The position numbers and the translations under genes were made by a program. Below, in pieces: positions 36,658-46,421 of a stretch of DNA of 64,000 nucleotides (position 1 is the stretch's first letter; every line of letters begins with the position of its first letter). The notes beneath the pieces are model-generated. The model saw nothing but the letters and a program-made list of their open reading frames with translations, was not told the origin of the DNA and did no database searches. Location: positions 32,001-96,000 of IMG/VR virus record IMGVR_UViG_3300029448_000003; one strand, written 5' to 3'. Source of the DNA: a virus.

Positions 36658-36710
36658 TTTGTTGGCTACTCATACCCCTATGATTGGCTACTTTGACCCC
36701 AACAAAGGAG
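36658..36710 (+). promoter_or_regulatory. Structured leader abutting the scaffold RBS
   Basis: TTTGTTGG/CCAACAAA stem, tandem TTGGCTACT, inner TCATA/TATGA hairpin. Confidence 0.55.
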
Positions 36711-36717
36711 AAGAAAT

Positions 36718-37587
36718 ATGGCTGAACAAGCTATGACAAAAGAAGTAAAAGTTGAGAAAAAGGCATTTATAAGTAAACCCTATTCTCGTGAAGAAAAAAT
36801 AAAAAAAGACGAAGCAGAACTAGAACAGTTAAAAAAAGAACAAAAAGGAGAAGTTGATGCTAAAGAATCTGTGGCTACCGATCAAGAACCTGATAGTGCT
36901 GAAGAACGAAGTTTCAAGAAACGCTATGGAGATTTACGTAAACATCAGCAACAGCAACAGAAATCTTTGGAAGACAAAGTATCGGCTCTTGAGAATCAGT
37001 TGGAAGAAGCTACTAAGAAAGAAATTAAACTTCCTAAAACTGAAGAAGAAATAGACAAATGGACAACTGAGTACCCTGATGTTGCAGCAATTGTAGAAAC
37101 GATTGCCATGAAAAAAGCAAGAGAGCAATCTAAAACAATGGAAAAACGCATAGTAGAAATAGAAAATATGCGTACTGAAGCAACAAAAGAAAAAGCAGAA
37201 GTTGAGCTTTTAAAGTTTCATCCTGATTTTAATACGATTAGAGAAGAAGATGATTTTCACGAATGGGCAGAACAGCAACCTAAATGGGTACAAGATGCTC
37301 TATATGAAAATCAAGAAGATGCTCGTTCAGCAGCTCGTGCAATTGATTTATATAAAGTAGACAAAGGTATTAAAACTTCTAATAAACCATCTAATAAAGA
37401 TGCTGCTAAATCAGTTAACATAAAATCAAAAGCAGGAGAACCTCTAACAAATGAATCTAAAAATTATTTAAAAGAATCTGAAATACAAGCAATGTCAGCA
37501 AAAGAATATGAAAAACATTCAGAAGAAATTATGGATGCTATTCGTTCTGGAAAATTTATTTATGACATTTCTGGGTCAGCAAGATAA
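36718..37587 (+). CDS. Capsid scaffolding protein
   Basis: FKKRYGDLR, coiled coil, HPDF, F..W...QP, I..MS..EY C-terminus; precedes the coat gene. Confidence 0.85.
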   Translation: MAEQAMTKEVKVEKKAFISKPYSREEKIKKDEAELEQLKKEQKGEVDAKESVATDQEPDSAEERSFKKRYGDLRKHQQQQQKSLEDKVSALENQLEEATKKEIKLPKTEEEIDKWTTEYPDVAAIVETIAMKKAREQSKTMEKRIVEIENMRTEATKEKAEVELLKFHPDFNTIREEDDFHEWAEQQPKWVQDALYENQEDARSAARAIDLYKVDKGIKTSNKPSNKDAAKSVNIKSKAGEPLTNESKNYLKESEIQAMSAKEYEKHSEEIMDAIRSGKFIYDISGSAR

Positions 37588-37590
37588 CTG

Positions 37591-37619
37591 TTGACAAACA
37601 AGCATTTATGGTGTATAAC
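37591..37619 (+). promoter_or_regulatory. Sigma70-type promoter for the capsid gene
   Basis: TTGACA-17 bp-TATAAC. Confidence 0.75.
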
Positions 37620-37834
37620 TATAATCGAGTTTAGATTAGCCTAAACGGTGTTTACAACCTAGCTAAACTCAAAATCTCGCAAATTCCAAATAAGACAAAG
37701 ACATACTCTTTAGTATTTGCCCAAATGTTTAATCCGATTGCAACGTATTAAATTATTTGCACCTTATAACTATAGACCTCTCTGAACATGTATGGTATTT
37801 TGCATCTGTTTATGTAAAAGAAAAGGAGATAACT

Positions 37835-38887
37835 ATGGCTTTTACAAAAGTGGCAGGACATGGGAATTTACCTAACGGTAATTTTTCACCTATCATATAT
37901 TCCAAACAGGTACAACTTGCTTTTCGTAAGGGTTCTGTAGTGGAAGCAATAACTAACTCAGATTACTTTGGTGAAATCGCTAACTTTGGCGATACTGTTA
38001 AAGTCATCAAAGAACCTGAGATCACCGTCAAATCATATGCTCGTGGTACAACTATTCAACCACAAGATATTGACGATGAAGAATTTTCTCTTACCATTGA
38101 CAAAGCAAACTATTTTGCATTTAAAGTCGATGATATAGAGGAAGCACATTCGCATGTGAATTTTCAATCACTTGCATCCGATAGAGCAGCGTATAGATTG
38201 AAAGATCAATACGACCAAGACGTTCTTGGTTACTTATCAGGTTTTAAACAATCTGCTATTCATGGCACTCCTGATACTGCAAACACAACAGTGAATGGAA
38301 CTAAGGCTGTTTCAACTGCTGGTTCAAATGAACTATTATCATCTATGTTACTTAATGAAGATGATTTTGGTGGTTCAGGTGGAGCGGCTATAGCCATTAA
38401 ACCTCGTGGTTCTGAAGCGGCACCAACAGCTGCTGGCGATAGAAACCCACTAACTGTGATTGCTCGTATGTCAAGGTTGCTAGATCAACAAAATGTAGAT
38501 ACTGATGGAAGATGGTTAGTTTTAGACCCTGTATTTATTGAAGTATTAAAAGACGAAGATTCTAGACTTTTCCAAGCAGATTGGTCAGGTTCTGGTCTTC
38601 AAAACGGTTTAGTACTTAATAACTTACATGGTTTTAAAGTATACCAATCTAACAATCTACCTTCTGTTGGAACAGGTCCTACTTTTGCAGGAACTAATAG
38701 CACAGATAACTACGGAGTAATTGTTGCAGGACATAGTTCTGCTATAGCTACTGCTGAACAAATCAACAAGACAGAAACTTACAGGGACCCTGATAGTTTC
38801 GCTGATATTGTTCGTGGCATGCATTTGTATGGTCGAAAAATACTTAGACCTGAAGCTCTTGTTAGAGCACAATATCACTTAGCGTAA
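37835..38887 (+). CDS. Major capsid protein (P22 coat-like)
   Basis: F.P.IYS, GEI...GDTV, F.VDDIE, LD.QNV...GRW, RG.HLYG.K.LRPE; AAGGAG RBS before ATG 37835. Confidence 0.92.
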   Translation: MAFTKVAGHGNLPNGNFSPIIYSKQVQLAFRKGSVVEAITNSDYFGEIANFGDTVKVIKEPEITVKSYARGTTIQPQDIDDEEFSLTIDKANYFAFKVDDIEEAHSHVNFQSLASDRAAYRLKDQYDQDVLGYLSGFKQSAIHGTPDTANTTVNGTKAVSTAGSNELLSSMLLNEDDFGGSGGAAIAIKPRGSEAAPTAAGDRNPLTVIARMSRLLDQQNVDTDGRWLVLDPVFIEVLKDEDSRLFQADWSGSGLQNGLVLNNLHGFKVYQSNNLPSVGTGPTFAGTNSTDNYGVIVAGHSSAIATAEQINKTETYRDPDSFADIVRGMHLYGRKILRPEALVRAQYHLA

Positions 38888-38900
38888 GGGAGAATAGAAT

Positions 38901-39380
38901 ATGGCAACACTTACATCTTTATTGCTACCAGAACATGGAAGTTCCTCAAGAGGAAGAAAACCATATATGGTACAAAAAACTATCGACCTTACTGCACAAG
39001 CAATTTCTTGTACAGCAGGTGACGTAGTTCAATGTCTAACTATTCCTGCTAATACAAGAGTGTTACATGCAGGTTTTCAGGTTGTATTAAGTGCAACTAT
39101 GAATACAGGTACTAACGCTACAGCAACTCTTGGTGCTGCAGATGCCGATGAATTTGTAGCGGCATTTGACATTGATGGTGCGGCAGATGGAGCTTATGCT
39201 CCTTCAGCAACACCTGCAGCTGATATTACGCTTGCAACAGCAGATACACTAGATTTAACTTTTGCAGGAGATGGTGCAACCTTCTCAGCAGGTAAAATCA
39301 GAGTATATGCTATAATGATGGATGTTAGCGATCAAGGAGATTCTTCTCCGGATGAAGTTGACAGAGATACATTAGCGTAA
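38901..39380 (+). CDS. Putative capsid decoration/minor capsid protein
   Basis: Directly after MCP, before a terminator; beta-rich, GKIRVYA. Confidence 0.65.
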   Translation: MATLTSLLLPEHGSSSRGRKPYMVQKTIDLTAQAISCTAGDVVQCLTIPANTRVLHAGFQVVLSATMNTGTNATATLGAADADEFVAAFDIDGAADGAYAPSATPAADITLATADTLDLTFAGDGATFSAGKIRVYAIMMDVSDQGDSSPDEVDRDTLA

Positions 39381-39402
39381 CTTTGCAAATGTAGTTAATA
39401 AG

Positions 39403-39440
39403 AAGGGTGAGGTACGATATTATCTGCCTTGCCCTTTTTT
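39403..39440 (+). terminator. Rho-independent terminator
   Basis: AAGGGTGAGGTA/TGCCTTGCCCTT stem (with G-U pairs) followed by a T run. Confidence 0.75.
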
Positions 39441-39453
39441 AAAGGAATTTAAT

Positions 39454-39819
39454 ATGGCATATGAACCTAAAAAACGAATAAGTAATTTTTTAAAAGCAAC
39501 ATCTACAAATGTAACGCAGGTTTGTAAATGCCCTAACGATAGATTATATAATATTAAAGAAATATTTATTTCAAATGTTTCTTCAAACGAAATAACATAT
39601 ACACTAACAATACGAAAGTATGACAAAACATCTGATGATGGTAGTGGCGAAAGTTTTACATTAATTAATTCAAATACTTTAGTTTCTAACGGTTTTATTC
39701 GTTTTGATAGTGCAGATATAATGCTTGAAAGAGAAGATATATTAAACATACAAGTATCAGAATCTGATGCAGTACACGTATCAGTTTTTATAGAAGAATA
39801 CATTAGTATTGGAAGGTAA
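39454..39819 (+). CDS. Small virion protein
   Basis: AAGGA RBS; beta-rich, resembles 41698..42078. Confidence 0.65.
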   Translation: MAYEPKKRISNFLKATSTNVTQVCKCPNDRLYNIKEIFISNVSSNEITYTLTIRKYDKTSDDGSGESFTLINSNTLVSNGFIRFDSADIMLEREDILNIQVSESDAVHVSVFIEEYISIGR

Positions 39820-39824
39820 ATAAA

Positions 39825-40262
39825 ATGGCAATAACTACAAAAATGTGTGTTTCATTTAAGCAAGAGTTATTAAATAAAGAACACGATATTAACTCAGACA
39901 CAATTAAAATTGCTTTAATTAAATCAGGAGAATCTGGTACATATAATGCAAGCACAACTAATTACAGTACTGTTACAGGAAATTCAGACGAAGCATCAGG
40001 AACAGGATATTCAGCAGGTGGGCAAACGCTTCAAAATGCTAACTTACAAATAAGTGGAGAAGTAGCTTTTGTAGACTTTGATGATGTTACTTGGTCTGGC
40101 TCTACTATTTCAGCAGCAGGTGCTATCCTATACAACTCAAGCGTGTCCAATAAAGCAATTGCTATATTAAGTTTTGGTGGTACAGTAGCATCGTCTTCAG
40201 GTAATTTTGTTTTAACGATGCCAGCAAATAATTCAAGTAATGCCCTTTTAAGGTTGTCGTAA
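39825..40262 (+). CDS. Virion structural protein
   Basis: SFKQELL...H, KIAL, GY.AGG..L, VDF.D..W, GA.LYN. Confidence 0.75.
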   Translation: MAITTKMCVSFKQELLNKEHDINSDTIKIALIKSGESGTYNASTTNYSTVTGNSDEASGTGYSAGGQTLQNANLQISGEVAFVDFDDVTWSGSTISAAGAILYNSSVSNKAIAILSFGGTVASSSGNFVLTMPANNSSNALLRLS

Positions 40263-41678
40263 ATGGCTCATGTCTTATTAGATAGAGCAAAAGTAGTTGC
40301 TACTAGTATGACTGGCAATTTGCCTAACTATGCCTTAACCAATGCTCCACCTACAGGCTTTGTAGATTTTACAGGTGTAGGAGATGGTAATACTACTTTT
40401 TATGTAGCAGAAGATGACACAGGTCTTTTTGAAATAGGAGTAGGTACATTTGCTACATCAGGAGAGGTATTAACACGAACTGATGGAAATGTTATATTGT
40501 CAAGCAATAATGGTAATAATAATAGGGTTAGTTGGCCCTCTAATTCTACACCTACAGTTTTTATATCACAACCTGCTGATAAAGCAGTATCCTTAGATAA
40601 TAATAACAATGTAACTATAACTTCTACAACAGATGATGGACCAGTACTTAATCTTGTATCTAATGACCATAGTGATGCTGCTAATTGGACTACTGAAGGA
40701 AAGATATCATTTAAAGCAGATAATGATGCTAACGAAGAAACAGAATTTGCAAGTATATCATTGACTACAGCAGAGATTGCTGATGGTAATGAAACTGGTA
40801 GGCTAAAACTTAAGTTGACAAATGCTGGTGGTAGTCCAACAGAATCTTATCAATTTGCATACAACAAATTATTTTTAGAGGATGATAGCCATGCTATTAG
40901 ATGGAATAATACAAGAGGTACTAGTTATGATTTAGAGCTTGTAACTACCACACCTACAGCAAATAGAACATATACATTACCTGATGCTACAGGAACTGTA
41001 ATAACTACTGGTAATATGAATGCTATTACAGATATAGGAATACAACAATATACTATTCAACTTGGAGCAGGAGCTAATTTAGAGTTTGAAGGTGCTACAG
41101 GAAATGCCCATGAAACAACTTTAACTGTTACAGAACCAACTCAAGACAATACCATAACTTTACCAGATGCTACAGGTACTGTTGTTCTAGATACCCATGC
41201 TGGTAATCTTACAGTTAATGGTCAATTCATTATAAATTATACAAATAGTGGAGCTTGGCAAAAACCGATACAAGCGTTAGCTCCTAATTTAGCTGATGGT
41301 CAAAATGCACAGTTTACTTTTGGTAAAGCTTCAAGTAGTAATAATCTTGTTGAATTTAGTGCTAAACATATAAGTGATGGTGATGCAGGAAATTATTTTT
41401 CATTTGGGTATCATAGTGGCACAGTAAGACCTTGTGTCAGAACAGATGGAAAAGTTTCTATAGGAAATACGCATAATTCTCCGGGAAATTGGAATCAAAT
41501 TTTAAATGTAAATGGTAATATAGAAGCAATGGGAACTATAGAATTAGGACATGCAGACGATACAACAATAGAAAGAGTATCAGCAGGTGTCGTTTCAATT
41601 CAAAGTAATAATATCCTAACTACAGCAACAGGTGCGACTACAGGTAAAGCTATCGCAATGGCAATGGTATTCGGATAA
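40263..41678 (+). CDS. Tail/capsid fibre protein
   Basis: Repeated PT...T.TLPDATGTV, FEGAT...HETTL, C-terminal GKAIAMAMVFG. Confidence 0.75.
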   Translation: MAHVLLDRAKVVATSMTGNLPNYALTNAPPTGFVDFTGVGDGNTTFYVAEDDTGLFEIGVGTFATSGEVLTRTDGNVILSSNNGNNNRVSWPSNSTPTVFISQPADKAVSLDNNNNVTITSTTDDGPVLNLVSNDHSDAANWTTEGKISFKADNDANEETEFASISLTTAEIADGNETGRLKLKLTNAGGSPTESYQFAYNKLFLEDDSHAIRWNNTRGTSYDLELVTTTPTANRTYTLPDATGTVITTGNMNAITDIGIQQYTIQLGAGANLEFEGATGNAHETTLTVTEPTQDNTITLPDATGTVVLDTHAGNLTVNGQFIINYTNSGAWQKPIQALAPNLADGQNAQFTFGKASSSNNLVEFSAKHISDGDAGNYFSFGYHSGTVRPCVRTDGKVSIGNTHNSPGNWNQILNVNGNIEAMGTIELGHADDTTIERVSAGVVSIQSNNILTTATGATTGKAIAMAMVFG

Positions 41679-41697
41679 AAGAAAGAGAGAATAAAAT

Positions 41698-42078
41698 ATG
41701 GCAGCTCCAAATATAGTCAACGTAACTTCAATACTAGGTAAAACAGCTTATGATGCTGATGTTGCAACGAGTGCAGCAACACTACTAGACAATGGAGCAA
41801 CTACTAATAAATTATTAAAAATTAATAGTATTATTGCCGCGAATATTGATGGAACAAATGATGCAGATATTACAGTTTTTGTAACTTTACAAACAAATAC
41901 TAACACTACACTTTTTCATTTAGCAAAAACAGTTACAGTTCCAGCAGATTCATCCCTTGTTATCATATCAAAAGATACATCTTTTTATTTAGAAGAAGAT
42001 AGAGCAATTCGTGCCCTTGCAAGTGCAACTGGTGATATTAGTTTAATGTGTTCTTATGAAGAATTAGATGATGCTTAA
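41698..42078 (+). CDS. Fibre-associated small virion protein
   Basis: MAAPNIVNVT, ANIDGTN.ADI, VPADSSL, YLEE. Confidence 0.75.
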   Translation: MAAPNIVNVTSILGKTAYDADVATSAATLLDNGATTNKLLKINSIIAANIDGTNDADITVFVTLQTNTNTTLFHLAKTVTVPADSSLVIISKDTSFYLEEDRAIRALASATGDISLMCSYEELDDA

Positions 42079-42080
42079 CT

Positions 42081-43082
42081 ATGTCTTTCAATTATTTTAA
42101 TAATCAAAGCTATGTTGGCATAAGTGAAATTCTTAACTTTAAAGGTATATCTAGTATAGATAGTACTAGATTAAATACTGCTATAATAGGGGGTGCATTG
42201 TTTCGTAACACAAGTACTTCAAACCACACACATACTTGGACAGTTCCTGTAGGAGTACTCTCTGTTTCTGTTGTTTGTATCGGTGCAGGTGGTGGTGGTA
42301 TGTATTATGCTAATAGTAATCAAAATCACACTTATGCTATGGGTGGTGGTGCAGGTGGTGCTTTAGCATGGTTAAATGGTGTAACTGTTACTCCCGGTGA
42401 AAGTATTTCAATACAAGTAGGTGGAAGAGGTAACTATGGTGCTTATCAAAATGGTTCAACTGCAGGTGGAGCTAGTTTTTTTAAAGATGTATCGACAATA
42501 AACGCTAATGGTGGTAGTCCGGGAAGATACAATACGGATTTAAGTGGTGCTACGTTTACTGTTTCTACTTCCTATGGAACTTATGGGGGTGGAAATGGTG
42601 GTGGAGTAAATTCAACATCAAGTCAAGGCTATGGTCCTGCAGGTGGTGGTGGTGCAGGTGGTTATAGTGGAAATGGTGGAGATGGGCGAGATGATGCCGC
42701 TGCTTCAGGAGATAATGGCTCTGGTGGTGCTGGTGGAGGTGGTGGTGCGGCTATGGGTGATTATACAGACCACATATCAGGTGGAGGAGGAGGAGTAGCT
42801 CCTTATGGTGAAGGTTCTAGTGGAAACGGCTCAAGCACTGGTGCTGGTGGTGGAGGTTCTGGTGGAGATAATACTGAAATACCTTCGGATTTAGCTCAAA
42901 CTCAATCTGGTGGTCACTATGGTGGTGGTGGTGGTGGTAAATCATCAAGCTACTGGGGTAGTAGTGCAGGTTCTGGTGGACAAGGTGTAGTTAGGGTTAT
43001 ATGGGGTCCTTTAAGAACTTTTCCTTCAACAAATGTAGGGCAGGATTATTTAGGTTTTACAGAAACAACTTATTTTAACTAG
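42081..43082 (+). CDS. Glycine-rich fibre/receptor-binding protein
   Basis: WTVP.GV..VSVVCIGAGGGG, polyglycine runs, G.G.VRVIW. Confidence 0.8.
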   Translation: MSFNYFNNQSYVGISEILNFKGISSIDSTRLNTAIIGGALFRNTSTSNHTHTWTVPVGVLSVSVVCIGAGGGGMYYANSNQNHTYAMGGGAGGALAWLNGVTVTPGESISIQVGGRGNYGAYQNGSTAGGASFFKDVSTINANGGSPGRYNTDLSGATFTVSTSYGTYGGGNGGGVNSTSSQGYGPAGGGGAGGYSGNGGDGRDDAAASGDNGSGGAGGGGGAAMGDYTDHISGGGGGVAPYGEGSSGNGSSTGAGGGGSGGDNTEIPSDLAQTQSGGHYGGGGGGKSSSYWGSSAGSGGQGVVRVIWGPLRTFPSTNVGQDYLGFTETTYFN

Positions 43083-43091
43083 GCATTAAAA

Positions 43092-44243
43092 ATGAAAAGA
43101 AATAGTGGGTTTATTACAGACGATAGAATAGTTACTAGCACTTTAGCTGCAAAAGGTGTCCACGATTTGCATGACGTTCATATTAAAAGAGTAGCAATTG
43201 AATGGCCCAGAACTCATAGGTTTTTATCTCTTACTCCTAGTGTAACAACTGTTACAGAGGGAAACGCTGTAACATTTACACTTGTTACAGAACACATTCC
43301 TAATAGTAGTACTTTATATTATACAATATCTACTGTTTCTGGTACTACTATGGTAGACGCTGATTTTAATAGTTCACCAAATAATGGTGGTATAGATGGT
43401 TCATTTAGTACTACCAATAATTCAACTGCTATTGTTTTTGGCTTAGTTGCAGAAGTAAGTCCGGGGGATTCAGAAAGTAATGTATTTAAATTGCAGATAA
43501 GAACAGGAAGCACATCTGGACCTATAGTTATTGAGTCTAGTGATATAACTGTAACTGATGCCATACAAATTGGAACAGATATTAGAAGTGCTTTTTATGA
43601 AATATCTAATAGAACAATAGTGGATTCTTCTTCAGGCGATTACACTCTTGATTATGATGTTGGTGAAATACAACAAGCGTTTGGTGGAAGTGCAAGAGTT
43701 TATGTAGTGCTAAAATGCACTACGGCAACAACGTATAGAAATGATATTTGTATAGCAGCTGTGCAAGTACTAAACTCTTCTAATGTAATACAACAGACTT
43801 GGAATTTTTCTGTTAATAACCAATCTTGGGAAGATAATGGCACAAGAATTGCTGGTTCTAGTAGCTTGTTAAGTAGTTATCTTACCCCATCTGATGTAGC
43901 TAGTTATTCAGGATATGCCGCTATTACAGCAGGTGCTGGTGTTAATGAAATTAATTTAGCATCTGGTACTGGTAGTACATACACAGGGATGGCAGATGGA
44001 ATTGCTCCTACCCTAGTTGCTGTTTATTCTGTAGGAAACGGTACAGTAGCTCAAAGTAGTGGTGCTAATTATATATATGGTGAAGTAAGTGGAGCATCTA
44101 GATATTCTCATGTAGTTGCAAGAAGCCCTGCTCATACTTTTAGTGCTGGTGATAAAATAAGAGTTGTGCATGGTGTTGTAACTAATCCTACTGAATCTTC
44201 TACAATTAATATAAATGATTCAATATGGATAGGAATTTATTAA
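43092..44243 (+). CDS. Virion protein with Ig/Calx-beta-like domain
   Basis: V.EG..VTFT..T, LYYTI, F.LQIRTGSTSGPIV. Confidence 0.7.
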   Translation: MKRNSGFITDDRIVTSTLAAKGVHDLHDVHIKRVAIEWPRTHRFLSLTPSVTTVTEGNAVTFTLVTEHIPNSSTLYYTISTVSGTTMVDADFNSSPNNGGIDGSFSTTNNSTAIVFGLVAEVSPGDSESNVFKLQIRTGSTSGPIVIESSDITVTDAIQIGTDIRSAFYEISNRTIVDSSSGDYTLDYDVGEIQQAFGGSARVYVVLKCTTATTYRNDICIAAVQVLNSSNVIQQTWNFSVNNQSWEDNGTRIAGSSSLLSSYLTPSDVASYSGYAAITAGAGVNEINLASGTGSTYTGMADGIAPTLVAVYSVGNGTVAQSSGANYIYGEVSGASRYSHVVARSPAHTFSAGDKIRVVHGVVTNPTESSTININDSIWIGIY

Positions 44244-44244
44244 A

Positions 44245-44529
44245 GTGTCACAAGATTTTAAACATAATTATTTTTATTCCTATAAAGAACAATACCCTTT
44301 AATATGGGATGAACTACCACACAGAATACGATTATCAAATGGTAAGACAAGAACAGATAAAGAAAGTTTTACAAAAGAAGAACTAAAAGATGCTGGATAT
44401 GCGTTAGTTGATAGATATCCAAATTACAATGATGAAACGCATGTCTGTACTTGGAACGGTGCTGATTGGGTAGTTACACAACATCGTGATCCTAATAAGA
44501 AAATAATATTTTTTGACGATCCAGTTTAA
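44245..44529 (+). CDS. Putative fibre assembly chaperone
   Basis: LP.RIRLS.G.TRTD, EL..AGY, W.G..W. Confidence 0.6.
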   Translation: MSQDFKHNYFYSYKEQYPLIWDELPHRIRLSNGKTRTDKESFTKEELKDAGYALVDRYPNYNDETHVCTWNGADWVVTQHRDPNKKIIFFDDPV

Positions 44530-44531
44530 CA

Positions 44532-44930
44532 ATGTTTAGTACTAATCCATATTCCGTTGTTCCTTTTTCAACACTACCTTTAGCTGGAAGTGTACTAGTA
44601 GTTACAGGTGTTAATACAGATGGTTTAGTTACTCTTCCTTATTTTGATAATACAACTGCTGTAGAATCTGTAAATAGTAATGCAACTGTAAATGTAACAT
44701 TTTTAAGTACAGGTGGTATTGATGTATCAGAATCACCTCTTGAATTTGTATCAAGTACAGGTGTTGCAGGAACAGTAGATACTTTAACAAGCACCACAGC
44801 TACAGGTGTTGTTAGTCAAGGTATTGCAAATCTTGGTGTAAGTCCTGCTAGTGGTACGGCATTTGATTTTTCTGCACACGCAGATAACTATAGCAGAAGA
44901 CGTACAGCATACGTAAGAAGAGTAGCATAA
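44532..44930 (+). CDS. Virion protein
   Basis: MFS..P.S..PFS N-terminus; Thr/Val/Gly rich. Confidence 0.65.
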   Translation: MFSTNPYSVVPFSTLPLAGSVLVVTGVNTDGLVTLPYFDNTTAVESVNSNATVNVTFLSTGGIDVSESPLEFVSSTGVAGTVDTLTSTTATGVVSQGIANLGVSPASGTAFDFSAHADNYSRRRTAYVRRVA

Positions 44931-45097
44931 TGCGTAGCACAAAAGAAAGAACAATAAATGTACCTGTTGAAAATAGATTTGCGTACATTGAAACTCAAAA
45001 TATAGCAAGAACAATAAATGTACCTGTTGAAACAAGAAAAGTTTATATAGAATCTCAAACAACAACAGGAGAACGAACAGTATTAATAATGGAGTAA
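44930..45097 (+). CDS. Small internally repeated protein, 55 aa (not in ORF track)
   Basis: RTINVPVE twice; 26-bp direct repeat at 44947..44972 and 45007..45032; TAATG coupling. Confidence 0.65.
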   Translation: MRSTKERTINVPVENRFAYIETQNIARTINVPVETRKVYIESQTTTGERTVLIME

Positions 45098-45100
45098 AAT

Positions 45101-45667
45101 ATGTCTTTTCGATGGCCCTCTAAAGACCCAGATGAACAATTAGATTTTAGTGTAGATTGGTCACGGTGGTTAGGAACAGCAACCATACCAAACGTAGGTT
45201 CAGTTGTATGGTCTTTAAAATCAAGTGAATATGATACAGAAGTAAACGTTGATGACGGTCAATCTTTCAGCACGGCATCACAAGGTACAGCTGCTGTAAA
45301 CGGTGCAACAACATCTTCAACTACTGTTGCTTTAGATGGGCATGCTAACGAACCTATTCAAGTTGGTATGACGGTAACAGGTTCAGGAATATCTGGAACA
45401 GTAACTGTTACGGCTGTAGCAAGTCAATCTAGTATAACACTTTCGTCTGCACAAACTTTAAGTAATGATGTAACTTTAACATTTACAGGCACTACAGATA
45501 ACATACAAAAAATAGGAGCAACAACTTTAGATTCAACAAGTCAAGTAGCAACTTTACAAATTGCAGGTGGTGTTACAGGCAGAGAGTACACATGGTTTTG
45601 TAAAATTACAGATAGCACTGGAAGCATTGCAAAACGAAGTATTAAATTAGCAGTAAGGGATAAATAA
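45101..45667 (+). CDS. Virion protein (KDPDE.LD...DW family) with inserted beta module
   Basis: WPSKDPDEQLDFSVDWSRWL...GG..G.EY...C.IT. Confidence 0.75.
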   Translation: MSFRWPSKDPDEQLDFSVDWSRWLGTATIPNVGSVVWSLKSSEYDTEVNVDDGQSFSTASQGTAAVNGATTSSTTVALDGHANEPIQVGMTVTGSGISGTVTVTAVASQSSITLSSAQTLSNDVTLTFTGTTDNIQKIGATTLDSTSQVATLQIAGGVTGREYTWFCKITDSTGSIAKRSIKLAVRDK

Positions 45668-45668
45668 T

Positions 45669-46421
45669 ATGGCATATAATTTTTTAGGTGTTGTTAATGA
45701 TATCAATAGTAGATTAAATGAAGTACAGTTAACTTCTTCTAATTTTGCAACAGCAACAGGTTTTTATCAATCAGCAAAAGAAGCAATTAATTCTTCTATA
45801 CGATATATTAATCAATCTGAATATGAATGGCCCTTTAATCATGTAACACAAGAAGATGTGCTAACTGTAAATGTAGGTCGTTACCCTTTTCCAGCAGATG
45901 CTAAAACAATTAACTTTAGAAGTTTTCGTATTAAAGAAGATTCAACATTAAATAATTCAACGGTAAAATTAAAAGAGTTAATATACAACGAATATCTAGA
46001 TAGGTATGTAGATCAAGAATATAAAGAGAACCCTGTAGCAGGAGTTCCTAATCATATTATTGCTGCACCATCATTAGAGTATATTGTAACACCTGTTCCT
46101 GATAAAGCATATAAATTAATATACGAATATTACAGAATAGCTGTGGACTTAATTAATGCAACAGATGTTCCTGCTGTACCTGAACGTTTTAGACATGTTA
46201 TTATAGATGGAGCAATGCACTATGCTTATTTGTTTAGAGGTAATACCCAAGATGCTACAGTAGCAAAACAAAAGTTTGATGATGGCATAAAACATATGCG
46301 TTCTTTACTTATTAATAACTATACCTATGTTCGTTCTTATATGATACCAACAATTGCAGGTGGTAGAGGTAGAGTAGGTAGTTCACTCGTCAATGCAGGT
46401 TCTTCATTGGATTCACTATAA
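45669..46421 (+). CDS. Putative head-tail adaptor (tail tubular protein A-like)
   Basis: L..VN....RLNEV, WPF, P.PDKAY, D.P.VPERF..VIIDGA. Confidence 0.7.
   Translation: MAYNFLGVVNDINSRLNEVQLTSSNFATATGFYQSAKEAINSSIRYINQSEYEWPFNHVTQEDVLTVNVGRYPFPADAKTINFRSFRIKEDSTLNNSTVKLKELIYNEYLDRYVDQEYKENPVAGVPNHIIAAPSLEYIVTPVPDKAYKLIYEYYRIAVDLINATDVPAVPERFRHVIIDGAMHYAYLFRGNTQDATVAKQKFDDGIKHMRSLLINNYTYVRSYMIPTIAGGRGRVGSSLVNAGSSLDSL

Noticed and set aside
37757-37834. N-terminal extension of the capsid protein in the ORF track
   Set aside because: TTG start without RBS; a strong AAGGAG precedes ATG 37835
42280-42990. GGT microsatellite-like runs
   Set aside because: They encode polyglycine of a glycine-rich fibre protein
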